DNA of 53,484 nt from Candidatus Eiseniibacteriota bacterium. GTDB taxonomy: Bacteria; Eisenbacteria; RBG-16-71-46; JAGVPR01. The DNA lies in contig JAGVPR010000320.1 of NCBI GenBank assembly GCA_020052115.1, positions 1-53,484 of the forward strand, read 5' to 3'. Under the pieces are notes generated by a model. It had not been told where the DNA came from and made no database searches. It was given only the letters and a program-made list of their open reading frames with translations. The translations under genes and the position numbers were made by a program. Below, piece after piece: positions 26,505 through 36,569 of the stretch; position 1 is the stretch's first letter, and every line of letters starts with the position of its first letter.

Positions 26505-27740
26505 ATGTCCGTTTCTCACGACGCTTACATGCGTGCACCTAGGAGGATACCCGTCTCACTCCTTCGACTCTCACGCCGCCTCGGCGTGACAATCGCTCTA
26601 GGATGGGTGGCAGGAGCCGTCGCTCCGGCCGAGCCTGCCTTCGCCGTCGTTCCTCCGTACGCCGAGGAATGGAGCGTTCCCGCAAGCCCCCAGGACGTCG
26701 AAGTAGACCCCTTCGGCCGTGTCTGGGTGTCCTGCTCCGACGACTCGATTCGCGTCTACACGGCATCCGGCGGGCAACTTCTCTTCGCCTTCGGAGGTAC
26801 CGGATCCGGCGACGGCGAGTTCTCAACGCCCTACGGCATCGCGTTCGACACGAGCGGAGACGCCTACATCTGCGACTACGCGGGCGCCCGTGTCGAGAAG
26901 TTCACGAGCGCCGGCACGTTCCTCTTCGCCTGGGCCATTCCGAGCGACAGAGCCGACCACGTCGCGATAGACGTCGCCGGCGACGTGTACGTGACGGGGT
27001 ACACCGACCTCTCCGTGCACAAGTACACACCGGCAGGCGCTCCGATCACCGACTGGCCGAGCGACGCCGGGAGCAGAACATCGGGGATCGTCGAAGCGGC
27101 CGGCGACATTCACGTGGTTCAGTGGGATGCTCCCAACGTGCAGCAGTTCACGACCGGTGGCACGTTCCTCGGCTCGTTCGAGGCGGCGACGATCGGAGGC
27201 AACGACATCGAGGTGGACGCGAGCGACCAGCTTTGGATCGCCGATTACGCCAACCACAGAGTCCGCATCTTCACGACGAGCGGGGTCCTCGTGGACGACT
27301 TGGGCTCCTTCGGCTCGGGGCCCGGCGAGTTCAACTTCGCGATCGCCGTCGCGGTGGGACTGGACGGCTCGATCTACGTAGGCGACGAGCTCAACAGCCG
27401 GATCCAACGCTTCGGTGATCCGGTCGTCGCCGTATCGCCCGAATCTGCGGATCCCCTCGCCGGCGCACCGGCGATCCGCTCGATCGCGCCCAACCCGTGC
27501 CGGACGGACGCCCTGGTCACGTATACCGTCCCGCAGGCAGGAGACGTGCGTCTCTTCATCACGGATGCGCGCGGGCGGCTCGTCGCAATGCTCGAAGACG
27601 GAAGGGCGTCGGCCGGCACGCACCAGATCGGCTGGGCGGCGCGAGACATCCACGGCAGAAGGCTCGCGGCCGGCGTGTATTCGGTCCACCTCGCGCATGC
27701 CGGGAGGGAAGAGTCGAGACGGCTGACCATCGTAAAGTGA
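26505..27740 (+). CDS. Secreted NHL-repeat beta-propeller protein with a FlgD-Ig-like C-terminal domain
   Basis: NHL-type repeats (GSGDGEFSTPYGIAFDTSGDAYICDYAGARVEKF; GSGPGEFNFAIAVAVGLDGSIYVGDELNSRIQRF). The C-terminus APNPCRTDALVTYTVP...DARGRLVAML...AAGVYSVHL...RRLTIVK is similar to the C-terminus of the 5537-9079 product. Confidence 0.85.
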   Translation: MSVSHDAYMRAPRRIPVSLLRLSRRLGVTIALGWVAGAVAPAEPAFAVVPPYAEEWSVPASPQDVEVDPFGRVWVSCSDDSIRVYTASGGQLLFAFGGTGSGDGEFSTPYGIAFDTSGDAYICDYAGARVEKFTSAGTFLFAWAIPSDRADHVAIDVAGDVYVTGYTDLSVHKYTPAGAPITDWPSDAGSRTSGIVEAAGDIHVVQWDAPNVQQFTTGGTFLGSFEAATIGGNDIEVDASDQLWIADYANHRVRIFTTSGVLVDDLGSFGSGPGEFNFAIAVAVGLDGSIYVGDELNSRIQRFGDPVVAVSPESADPLAGAPAIRSIAPNPCRTDALVTYTVPQAGDVRLFITDARGRLVAMLEDGRASAGTHQIGWAARDIHGRRLAAGVYSVHLAHAGREESRRLTIVK

Positions 27741-27744
27741 AGCG

Positions 27745-27770
27745 GGGCCGGAGTGACCTGAGGCCGGCCC
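27745..27770 (+). terminator. GC-rich hairpin after the NHL gene (weak terminator candidate)
   Basis: GGGCCGG-N12-CCGGCCC, 5 nt after the stop. There is no U-tract. Confidence 0.3.
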
Positions 27771-27904
27771 AGCGGGATGCCGTACCGCGGAGCGTCGGCG
27801 TTCCCGATGCCGGGGGCGACCTTCGAGCGCCTCGGGGACCGCCCCGCTCGAAACGCGGCGCAACATTCTGGCCAGCCGCCCGGCGTGCCGCTATCCTTGC
27901 GTCC

Positions 27905-28252
27905 ATGGACGTTCAGATCTTTGGAACCAAGAAGAGTCCCGACACTCGCAAAGCTCTTCGCTTCTTTTCCGAGCGCGGCTGGACCATTCACTTCGTTGAT
28001 CTAACGGAACGCCCCCTCTCGAGCGGCGAGCTTCGCCGCTTCATCGAGAGATTCGGGGTCGAGAGTCTGATAGATCGCGCGGCGCGTCGTTTCAAGGATC
28101 TCGGGCTCGCTGTGGCCCCGCAGGATGATGAGCGTTGGACCGCGCGGCTGCTGGCTGAACCTCTGATCTTGCGACAGCCGCTGGTCAGGGCGCAGAACAG
28201 CGTCACGATCGGGCCGGCCGAGAGTGAGTGGAAGGACTGGGTGAACCGATGA
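27905..28252 (+). CDS. ArsC/Spx-family thioredoxin-fold protein lacking the N-terminal catalytic Cys
   Basis: MDVQIFGTKKSPDTRKALRFFSERG..., with family-typical length and layout. The usual G-x-x-x-C-x-x-C/R position reads KKSPDT. Confidence 0.7.
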   Translation: MDVQIFGTKKSPDTRKALRFFSERGWTIHFVDLTERPLSSGELRRFIERFGVESLIDRAARRFKDLGLAVAPQDDERWTARLLAEPLILRQPLVRAQNSVTIGPAESEWKDWVNR

Positions 28253-30207
28253 GCCCCGGAATGGGACCGGCTCACTTTCCTCGCGCCGAGCGAACCCGTG
28301 GCTCGGGCCGGCGTGCCGTGTCCAACGCCACCGCGGACGATCGCCCGCGCTCGGAGCGGATCTGCGCGCTCCTGCCGGACATCTGGGCTCTGGTCCGTCC
28401 GCGGCGGTGGATCCTCCTTCTCGGTCTTCTCCTGATGGTCGTCAACCGGGTGAGCGGGCTTGCGCTCCCCGCCTCGACCAAGTTCCTGGTTGACGACATC
28501 ATCGGGAAGCGGCAGGTGGATCTCTTGCTCCCCCTCGTTCTCGCGGTTCTGGCCGCCACACTGGTGCAAGGGGCCACCTCCTTCGCCCTCACCCAGCTCC
28601 TCTCGAAGGCGGCGCAGCGGCTGATCGCAGAGCTCAGGGTCAGGGTCCAGCAGCACGTCGGCCGGCTGCCGGTCGCCTTCTTCGACGCCAACAAGACGGG
28701 CAATCTGGTCTCGCGGATCATGAGTGATGTCGAAGGGATCCGGAACCTGATTGGCACCGGGTTGATCGAGTTGATCGGCGGGATCATGACCGCGGCGATC
28801 GCCTTCGTGGTGCTCCTCAAGATCAGCCCGCTCATGACGGTAGTCGCCTTCGGAACACTTCTGATCTTCACGGTCGGGCTCAACAGAGCGTTCACCACGA
28901 TTCGTCCGATCTTCCGCGAGCGCGGGAAGATCAACGCCGAGGTCACCGGGCGGTTGACCGAGTCGCTCGGAGCGGTGCGGACGGTCAAGGGCTACCACGC
29001 CGAAGCCCGCGAGGCGGGCGTCTTCGCTCGCGGCGTGCAACGCCTGCTCGACAACGTTGTCAAGTCGCTGACAGCGATCTCACTTCTTGGACTTTCCTCG
29101 ACGCTGCTCCTCGGGATCGTCGGAGCGTCCATCATGTTCGTCGGCGCGCACCAAGTGCTCTCCGGGACCATGACCATGGGGGGATTCTTCACTTACACCG
29201 CGTTCCTCGCCTTCCTGGTGGCGCCCGTCTTCCAGATCGTCGCCATCGGCACGCAGCTCACCGAGGCCCTGGCCGGACTCGAGCGCACGCGCGAGCTCCT
29301 GCGCGAGCGGCCGGAGGACGAGGACCCGGCGCGCACGCGCGAGATCGGCCCGATCGAAGGGCGTGTCGCGTTCGAGAACGTGAGCTTCGCCTACGAAGGC
29401 GGCGCGGAGGTGCTCCACGACGTGAGCTTCGTCGCGCGGCCGGGGACGGTGACGGCTCTCGTCGGATCCTCCGGGTCGGGGAAGTCAACCATGATCGGCC
29501 TCCTGGCCGCCTTCCATGTCCCGCAGAGAGGGGTCGTGCGGATTGATGGGACGGACCTTGCAACCGTGCGCCTCGATCGGTTCCGGCCCCAGATCGGCGT
29601 GGTGCTCCAGGAGACGTTTCTCTTCGACGGTTCGATCCACGAGAATGTCGCCTTCTCCCGCCCCGAGGCGAGCGAGGATGAGATCCTCCACGCCTGCCGC
29701 ACCGCGCGTGTGGACGAGTTCGCCGAGCGCTTCCCCGAGAAGTTCGACACCGTCGTGGGCGAACGCGGGGTCAAGCTCTCGGGCGGCCAGCGGCAGCGGG
29801 TCTCGATCGCGCGCGCGATCCTCGCCGATCCTCGCATCCTGATTCTGGATGAGGCGACATCACACCTCGACTCGGAATCCGAGGCGCTGATCCAGGAGGG
29901 ACTCGCGCAGCTGATGAAGGGGCGCACGACCTTCGTCATCGCGCACCGGCTCTCGACCATCCTCCGCGCCGATCAGATTCTGGTGGTCGAGGAAGGCAGG
30001 ATCGTCGAACGCGGCACACATGCGGAGCTGTACGGGCTGGGCGGTCGCTACCACGACCTCTACACGCGCCAGAGCGGCCTGGAATCGAACCTCTTCCTGG
30101 CGCCCGGCGAGGGGGATGTCGTGGAGGAGGCAAAGCCGGAGCCCGCGGGGAAGCCCGCCAGAGAGCCGGAGAACCCACTCGGGCTTCTGCGGCAGCCTCG
30201 AGGGTAG
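28249..30207 (+). CDS. ABC exporter, fused permease + ATPase (MsbA/multidrug type)
   Basis: Six-TM N-terminal half. Walker A GSSGSGKST, signature LSGGQRQRVSIARA, Walker B ILILDEATS. ATGA overlap with the ArsC-like gene. Confidence 0.92.
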   Translation: MSPGMGPAHFPRAERTRGSGRRAVSNATADDRPRSERICALLPDIWALVRPRRWILLLGLLLMVVNRVSGLALPASTKFLVDDIIGKRQVDLLLPLVLAVLAATLVQGATSFALTQLLSKAAQRLIAELRVRVQQHVGRLPVAFFDANKTGNLVSRIMSDVEGIRNLIGTGLIELIGGIMTAAIAFVVLLKISPLMTVVAFGTLLIFTVGLNRAFTTIRPIFRERGKINAEVTGRLTESLGAVRTVKGYHAEAREAGVFARGVQRLLDNVVKSLTAISLLGLSSTLLLGIVGASIMFVGAHQVLSGTMTMGGFFTYTAFLAFLVAPVFQIVAIGTQLTEALAGLERTRELLRERPEDEDPARTREIGPIEGRVAFENVSFAYEGGAEVLHDVSFVARPGTVTALVGSSGSGKSTMIGLLAAFHVPQRGVVRIDGTDLATVRLDRFRPQIGVVLQETFLFDGSIHENVAFSRPEASEDEILHACRTARVDEFAERFPEKFDTVVGERGVKLSGGQRQRVSIARAILADPRILILDEATSHLDSESEALIQEGLAQLMKGRTTFVIAHRLSTILRADQILVVEEGRIVERGTHAELYGLGGRYHDLYTRQSGLESNLFLAPGEGDVVEEAKPEPAGKPAREPENPLGLLRQPRG

Positions 30208-30326
30208 CCTTCGATACTCCCCATCCGGCTCAGGCGGCTCGATACGAACGAACCAGCGTCGGGCGGGCCCCGTCACGCCACGGCGCTCCGGGGTTTTCGG
30301 ATCATTGATCATGCGCGCGACACATC

Positions 30327-33300
30327 CTACGACCTCTCTGCGCCCACGGGCCCTTCCTCCGCTCCCCGTTGCATCCTCCCTCGGATGCTGTAGAGCACTG
30401 GAAGGACGAGAAGCGTCAGGATCGTCGATGAGACCAATCCGCCGATGACGACTGTGGCAAGGGGCTTCTGCACCTCGGCGCCTATTCCGGTGTTCAGGGC
30501 CATGGGGACGAACCCCAGGCTCGCCACGAGAGCCGTCATCAGCACCGGCCGAAGCCGCCTCTCCGCGGCTTGCTCGATCGCCTCCCCCATGGACTTGTTC
30601 CGGGCCAGCGAGTCGCGGATGGTAGACACCAGCACGAGTCCGTTCAAGACAGCCACACCGAAGAGCGCGACGAAACCAACAGCCGCCGAAATGCTGAATG
30701 GCATTCCCCTCAACCAAAGGGCCAGAACGCCTCCCACCGCAGCGAACGGAACCCCCGTGAAAACGGTGGCGGCGTCCATCACGTTTCGGAACGACAGGTA
30801 GAGGAGCGCCAGGATCAAGGCGAGCGCCAGCGGCACGACGATCATGAGTCGTGCGCGAGCACGCTCCAGGTGCTCGAACTGTCCGCCGAAGCGAACGTAG
30901 TAACCCGGAGGAAGAGGGACCTGGTCGTCCAGCGCTTTCCTCAGCTCAGAGACAAAGCTCCCGACGTCGCGCCCTCGCACATTCGCCTGAATGACCGCCC
31001 GCCGCTTGCCCCACTCCCGGTTGATTGTGGACGGCCCCTCTGTCATGCGGATTGTGGTCAGCCGTTCCAGCGGGACGCGGTCACCGTTTGTCGCCGTGAC
31101 CAGAATCCGGCCCACAGCGCCGGCGTCAATCCGGTATCGGCTGTCGAGGGTTATGGCGATGGGAAAACGCCGTTCGCCCTCCTGCAGGACTCCAACGTCA
31201 CGAGTCCCGAGCGCGGCGATTGCATCAAGCACCTCGCCGGCCGGAATCCCGTGCCGCGCGATGGCGTCGCGATCAACCTCGATCTCCAGCACGGGTTGCC
31301 CGGTGAGCTGCTCCACGAACACGTCCGCCGCACCGGGGGTCCGCTTCATCACCGCCTCGATTTCGCGAGCCCTGGCCTTGAGCACCTCGAAATCATCCCC
31401 GAACAGCTTTACGCCGACGTCCGCGCGAACGCCGGCGATCATCTCGTTCACGCGCATCTCGATCGGTTGGGTGAAGACCATCCGCATACCGGGAAGGCCG
31501 GAGAGCTTCTCCTGCATCGCGCTCACGAGATCGTCCTGGGTCTTTGCCCGTCTCCAGCGGCTCCTGTCTTTCAGCGTGATGAAGATGTCCGAGAGTTCCA
31601 GGCCCATCGGATCGGTGGCCACTTCCGCCGTCCCCGTGCGGGTCCAGACGCGCTCGATTTCGTCCGGAAACGCCTTCTCCAGCGTCCGTTCGATCTGAAG
31701 CCCGTATCGCACGGACTCGTCAATGGAAACGCCGGCAAGTCGGATCGTGTTGATCACGAGCGCGCCTTCCCTGAGCCGAGGAACGAACTCGGATCCTAGG
31801 CGTGTCGCAAGGTATCCGGCTCCGACCACCAGCAAAGCGGCTGCCATGACGATCAGTTTGGGCCGTGACATGGCCCTTCGAAGGGCCGGTTGGTAGAGGC
31901 GCTTGGCGCTCGCGACAACGAAGTTCTCCTTCTCCGACATGCGTCGCGGGAGGAGCACGGCGCTCAAGGCAGGCATGAGGGTGAGCGACAGGATGAGAGA
32001 CCCGAACAGGGCGAAGATGACCGTCAGGGCCATCGGATGGAACAGCTTTCCCTCCACGCCCTCGAGAGCCAGGATCGGCAGATAGACGATCATGATGATC
32101 AGTTCGCCGAACATCGTCGGCCGTCGGACCTCGATGGCGGCTTCCCTGACGATCTCTGCTTGAGACCGGGTCGTTCGATCTTCGGAGAGACGCCGGGCCG
32201 AGTTCTCGACCATGATGACCGAGCTGTCCACGATCAGTCCGAAGTCGATCGCGCCGAGGCTCATCAGGGTGCCGGCGATTCCGGCACGGACCATGAGGTC
32301 AAATGCGAACAGCATGGAAAGCGGGATCGCGGAAGCCACGATGAGTCCTGCCCGCAGATTCCCCATGAAGATGAAGAGCACGGCAATGACAAGCACCGCT
32401 CCCTCAAAGAGATTCGTCTTTACCGTGTGCAGCACATGGTCAACCAGCTCCGTGCGGTTGTACACGGTGGCGACGTCAACTCCCTGAGGGAGGCTTCTCT
32501 TGATCTCTTCGAGGCGGAGCTGGAGCCCACGGGCGACGTCATGGCTGTTCTCGCCCATCAGCATGAAGCCCAGACCCAGGACCACCTCCCCCGTTCCGTC
32601 GGCGGTCACGGCCCCGCGCCGAATCTCCCGCCCGTCCACCACCGTCGCGACGTCGCGGACGCGGGTCGGGACGCCGTCCCGAGAAGAGACAATGATGTCC
32701 TCCACGTCGGAGAGCGAGGTGACGATGCCGATCCCCTGGATCAGGGCAGACTGGCCGGCCTGATCGAGCGACCCGCCGCCGACGTTGGCGTTGTTCTGTT
32801 CGAGCGCCGCGGCGAGATCAGAGAGTGTCAACCCATGCTTGGCGAGGTTCACGGGATCAACGACGACGTGGATCTGTCGTTCGTCTCCTCCCCATGTGTT
32901 GACTTCCGCTACTCCCGGAACGGACCGGAGTTGAGGTTTGATGATCCAGTCTTGCACCGTTCGGAGTTCGCTCAGGCTCTTTCCCTTCCCTGTCACGAGG
33001 TAGTGGAAAACCTCACCCAATCCTGTGGCGACGGGTCCGAGCTGAGGGCGGTCGATCCCCTGGGGCAGTTCCACTGATTGGAGACGCTCCATGACCACCT
33101 GTCGCCCAAGATAGATGCCGGTCCCCTCCTCGAAGATGACCGTCACCTGAGATAGGCCGAACTTCGACAGAGAGCGAACCTCGTGGAGCTTCGGAAGGCC
33201 CGAGATCGCCTGCTCGATGGGAAAGGTGATCTGCCGCTCGATCTCGAGCGGAGAGAGGGCCGGAGCCACGGTGTTGATCTGCACCTGAATCGGCGTGGTA

Positions 33301-33422
33301 TCGGGGAAGGCATCAATGGGAAGGTGGAATAGCGCCGCACTTCCGACCGCGGCCAAGATGATCCCCCCGGCGATGACGGCGTACCGCCGGCGGATCGACC
33401 AGCTTATGATCCAGTTCAGCAT
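30327..33422 (-). CDS. czcA: Heavy-metal-efflux RND pump, CzcA-like (divalent-cation type TM4 motif)
   Basis: 1031 aa with 12-TM RND architecture. TM4 reads AIDFGLIVDSSVIMVEN, which matches the DFG-D-x-x-VEN pattern of HME-RND proteins. Confidence 0.88.
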   Translation of the reverse strand: MLNWIISWSIRRRYAVIAGGIILAAVGSAALFHLPIDAFPDTTPIQVQINTVAPALSPLEIERQITFPIEQAISGLPKLHEVRSLSKFGLSQVTVIFEEGTGIYLGRQVVMERLQSVELPQGIDRPQLGPVATGLGEVFHYLVTGKGKSLSELRTVQDWIIKPQLRSVPGVAEVNTWGGDERQIHVVVDPVNLAKHGLTLSDLAAALEQNNANVGGGSLDQAGQSALIQGIGIVTSLSDVEDIIVSSRDGVPTRVRDVATVVDGREIRRGAVTADGTGEVVLGLGFMLMGENSHDVARGLQLRLEEIKRSLPQGVDVATVYNRTELVDHVLHTVKTNLFEGAVLVIAVLFIFMGNLRAGLIVASAIPLSMLFAFDLMVRAGIAGTLMSLGAIDFGLIVDSSVIMVENSARRLSEDRTTRSQAEIVREAAIEVRRPTMFGELIIMIVYLPILALEGVEGKLFHPMALTVIFALFGSLILSLTLMPALSAVLLPRRMSEKENFVVASAKRLYQPALRRAMSRPKLIVMAAALLVVGAGYLATRLGSEFVPRLREGALVINTIRLAGVSIDESVRYGLQIERTLEKAFPDEIERVWTRTGTAEVATDPMGLELSDIFITLKDRSRWRRAKTQDDLVSAMQEKLSGLPGMRMVFTQPIEMRVNEMIAGVRADVGVKLFGDDFEVLKARAREIEAVMKRTPGAADVFVEQLTGQPVLEIEVDRDAIARHGIPAGEVLDAIAALGTRDVGVLQEGERRFPIAITLDSRYRIDAGAVGRILVTATNGDRVPLERLTTIRMTEGPSTINREWGKRRAVIQANVRGRDVGSFVSELRKALDDQVPLPPGYYVRFGGQFEHLERARARLMIVVPLALALILALLYLSFRNVMDAATVFTGVPFAAVGGVLALWLRGMPFSISAAVGFVALFGVAVLNGLVLVSTIRDSLARNKSMGEAIEQAAERRLRPVLMTALVASLGFVPMALNTGIGAEVQKPLATVVIGGLVSSTILTLLVLPVLYSIRGRMQRGAEEGPVGAERS

Positions 33423-33434
33423 TGGATGGCTCCG

Positions 33435-34817
33435 CTACTTGGCTTCGACGGCATCGCAGCACCCTGCCCCGATGCTTTCCTTGAGCGTCTCGGTCTTCAG
33501 GAGAAAGCTCCCATCGGTGACGATGAATTCTCCCGGTTGAAGACCTTCCGTGACGGCGACAAGCTCTCCATCCGAAGGGCTGGTCCGCACGCGTCTCGTT
33601 TCGAACTCATCGTCGGAAACGGGCACGAAAACGAGCTGGACTCCCTTGGCCTCCTGGATCGCCGCGCGCGGCACAAGCACGGCGGATGTACCGGCGGTCG
33701 CGAAGATATGGGCGCGGGCGAACATGTTGGCCCGAAGCACGCCGCCTCGATTCGGGAGGGCTGCACGAGCCCGGATCGTCCTTGTTTGGGGGTCAACGAT
33801 CGGCGCGACGTATCGAATGCTCCCCTCAAACTCCTGATCGCCGAGGACGTCCACCTTGAGAACGACCCGCTGCCCAGGCGAGACTCGACCGGCCTGCGAT
33901 TCGGGGATGTCAATGTCGGCCCACAAAGACGAGATATCAATGATCTCGAAGACGGCCTCCCCCTCGCCGACCAGCGTGCCGACCGTGAAGTTGCGTTTCG
34001 TGACGACTCCGCCGATAGGGGCTCGAAGCTCATAGGCTCCTGACTCCCCATCGTCCGCGCCCACCATTTCGAGCGCGGCGAGGGCGGCGCTGACCTCGGC
34101 GCGTGCTTCCTGGAGCGCTTGTTCCGCGGCCTGGACTTCCTTCAGGGCCGATATCCCTCGGTCGTACAGATTCCTTTCACGCGAGTGGCTCGCCTCGGCG
34201 ACCCCGGCACGGGCTCTTGCCGCCCTGAGCCGGGCGCGCGATTCGGCCACGGAAGCGCTTTCGACGATCGCCAAAGGCGCGTCTTTCGCTACCACCGAGC
34301 CGAGATCGACAGTGAAGGCTCGGATCACGCACGGTGTTCGAGCGTTGACCAGAGCGCTCTTGGCATTGTCCGCAACGATCGTCGCCGTTGCGATGATGGT
34401 GCCGGCCTCTCCCCCAGGGATGGCCTGTTCGGTCCGGATGCCTGCTTCCGCCACCACGTCGCTGGATTGAAGCTTGACGCGCATCCCGTTGGGTGGCGCC
34501 TCGTCCGTGGCGACATCCAAAGAAGGCCTCCCGCCTCTCTCGGGATGGCAGAACGGACAGAAGGACTCGGGGAACTCATGCTCCGCGCACCAGTCGCCCT
34601 TGGCCTTGAAGATCGGAACGAGCTTCGGATTGCACCTGGTGCAGACCGCTTCCAGCAGGCCGTGCTCGGCGCACATGCCTTCCGTGTTCGAGGCCGCTGC
34701 GGGCAGGGCCTTGGCGACGGCACCTCCGGGCTCGGCCTGTGAAGTGCCGCCGGTCCGCTGACAGGAAATACCCAAGATGGCCAGCGCCAGGGCCGGGACG
34801 AGCATGATTGCGCGCAT
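33435..34817 (-). CDS. czcB: RND periplasmic adaptor (MFP) lipoprotein with an N-terminal tandem Cys/His motif domain
   Basis: ILGISC lipobox. Two copies of C-x-E-H-x3-E-x2-C-x2-C (MCAEHGLLEAVCTRCNP; WCAEHEFPESFCPFCHP). These are followed by typical MFP barrel-sandwich, hairpin and beta-barrel regions. Confidence 0.85.
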   Translation of the reverse strand: MRAIMLVPALALAILGISCQRTGGTSQAEPGGAVAKALPAAASNTEGMCAEHGLLEAVCTRCNPKLVPIFKAKGDWCAEHEFPESFCPFCHPERGGRPSLDVATDEAPPNGMRVKLQSSDVVAEAGIRTEQAIPGGEAGTIIATATIVADNAKSALVNARTPCVIRAFTVDLGSVVAKDAPLAIVESASVAESRARLRAARARAGVAEASHSRERNLYDRGISALKEVQAAEQALQEARAEVSAALAALEMVGADDGESGAYELRAPIGGVVTKRNFTVGTLVGEGEAVFEIIDISSLWADIDIPESQAGRVSPGQRVVLKVDVLGDQEFEGSIRYVAPIVDPQTRTIRARAALPNRGGVLRANMFARAHIFATAGTSAVLVPRAAIQEAKGVQLVFVPVSDDEFETRRVRTSPSDGELVAVTEGLQPGEFIVTDGSFLLKTETLKESIGAGCCDAVEAK

Positions 34818-34818
34818 C

Positions 34819-35145
34819 TTACTTTCCCTCCGGCTTCGGCGGCCGGACGATCTTCAAGTCCGGGTTGCAGTCCAGGCACTGGGACTCAGGTAGCCCGTGT
34901 TCTTCGCACCAGTCTTTCGTGGCCTTGAACGCCGGAATGAGCGCGGGGTCACAGCGCGTGCACGCGCTCTCCGGGACATGGTGCTCTTCGCACCAATCCT
35001 CATAGGACCCCGGCACGACGTTGGACGAGGCATGGATTGCGGAACCCGCGGGCGTGCCCTCCGATTGGCCGGTCTGCTTCGTCCCTTCACCACACCCCGC
35101 GATGACGATGCTCAGAGCCAAAGGAGCAAGAAGAAATCTGCTCAT
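34819..35145 (-). CDS. Small periplasmic lipoprotein made of two C-x-E-H-x-x-P-E-S-x-C-x-x-C-x-P repeats (putative metal-binding accessory protein)
   Basis: IVIAGC lipobox. WCEEHHVPESACTRCDPALIPAFKATKDWCEEHGLPESQCLDCNP is clearly paralogous to the N-terminus of the adjacent MFP. There is a 1-nt gap to the MFP start. Confidence 0.7.
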   Translation of the reverse strand: MSRFLLAPLALSIVIAGCGEGTKQTGQSEGTPAGSAIHASSNVVPGSYEDWCEEHHVPESACTRCDPALIPAFKATKDWCEEHGLPESQCLDCNPDLKIVRPPKPEGK

Positions 35146-35163
35146 GAGTAGATCCTCCGATTC

Positions 35164-36390
35164 TCAGTGTGTTGGCAATGCCCCCGTTGATACCGTCAGA
35201 TCTGCGCCGGCCAGTGCCGCGTCGAGCAGCCGGTCGGCATGCTCGCGCCGCGTATCGAGGGCGTTGGCGCGCACCACGAGGAGCGCAGGAAGATCGAGCT
35301 TCCCCGCCTCGTAACTTTCCCGCGCGAGTGATTCCGTCTCGATGGCGCGTGGAAGTCCGCGCTCTTCGATTTCGCGTGCGGATGTGACCGCGCTTCGGTA
35401 ACCGTTTCGAGCTCCTTCGGCCTCGGCCATCGCGGCGGTTCGCCGCGCCGCGAGCTCGACTTGTGCGCGCGCGTGCCGTGCCTCGGCTTCACCTCGGGCC
35501 CCCTGGCCATAGTTGAAAATGGGCAATGAGACGGCCAAGCCGGGGCGGACGATGTCCTCAACCCGCGAGCGCTGGTAGTTCAATTGGAAGGCGAACCCCG
35601 GGAGTCGGGCCGATCGCGCGACGGACACGGCGGCTCGAGCGGCCTTCACCTCGCTCTCGGCGGCCAGGACGCCGGGCCGCCGTCCCGGGTCCGCGGAGGA
35701 GTCCAGGGCGTCGAAGAGAGATCGGTCAGCCAGATCACCAGACACCTCGAGTGCGGCGCCGGACGCCAGGCCAAGCATGGCCGCGAGTTCTACGCGCGAC
35801 TGCGTGACGCTCCGTTCCTCCGCCAGAACCTCGCTCTCCGCCCGCGAGAGCTCCCCCTCCGCCACAAGAAGCTCCAGGCGGGGTGCATCGCCCGTGCGGA
35901 CCTTCTCGGAGGCGACGCGGCGAAGCTCCTCTGCGAGATATCGACGGTCCTCAGCGATCGCCTTCCGCTCCTCGGCATGGAGAACTCTGTAGAAAGCCGC
36001 CAAGGCCAGCCCGACTGCGCGCCGCTGAACATCAACGACCAGATGCGCTTCGAGTTCCATGCCCGCTCTCGCCTCCGCGACTCGTCGGGCCCGCTGGAGA
36101 CCAAAACCGAGAGGAATCTGAAGTCCGATCTCGGTGGCACGATCAAGGCTCTCGCCGGAGCCCCGGAGGGCTTCGATTACGGGATTGTCCACCCCGAGCG
36201 CTCGGGCTCCCGCGAGGTGGCCCTTCGCTTCGAGCAACCGTGTTTCGGCGATCAGAACCTCGGGAGCGCCGGCCGCGGCCAGCCTCACAACACTCTCCGC
36301 GGTGAGGGGCTCGGCAAGCGCGTCCGGCGGAAGGGCGCTCGGGATCGCGCTTGCCAAGAACGCGCAAATGGCAAAGAACAAACGTGTCAT
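35164..36390 (-). CDS. czcC: TolC-family outer-membrane efflux factor
   Basis: Signal peptide, ~400 aa, Ala/Arg/Glu-rich two-repeat coiled structure typical of the OEP family. First large gene of an OMF-MFP-RND operon. Confidence 0.8.
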   Translation of the reverse strand: MTRLFFAICAFLASAIPSALPPDALAEPLTAESVVRLAAAGAPEVLIAETRLLEAKGHLAGARALGVDNPVIEALRGSGESLDRATEIGLQIPLGFGLQRARRVAEARAGMELEAHLVVDVQRRAVGLALAAFYRVLHAEERKAIAEDRRYLAEELRRVASEKVRTGDAPRLELLVAEGELSRAESEVLAEERSVTQSRVELAAMLGLASGAALEVSGDLADRSLFDALDSSADPGRRPGVLAAESEVKAARAAVSVARSARLPGFAFQLNYQRSRVEDIVRPGLAVSLPIFNYGQGARGEAEARHARAQVELAARRTAAMAEAEGARNGYRSAVTSAREIEERGLPRAIETESLARESYEAGKLDLPALLVVRANALDTRREHADRLLDAALAGADLTVSTGALPTH

Positions 36391-36569
36391 CGGACCATTG
36401 CTCCTCTTGATGGAGAACGCCGCAGTCGGCTAGGGACGACCCGCCTCAGATCTCATCCGGGCGCGATTCGGACGATACTGTCGCGCGCCGCAGGGATTTC
36501 CACGGGAAGTGCTCAGATCCGTCGGCGCGGTACGAGCACTCCCGGATGGCGGCAAGCCGGTGGAGCTGT

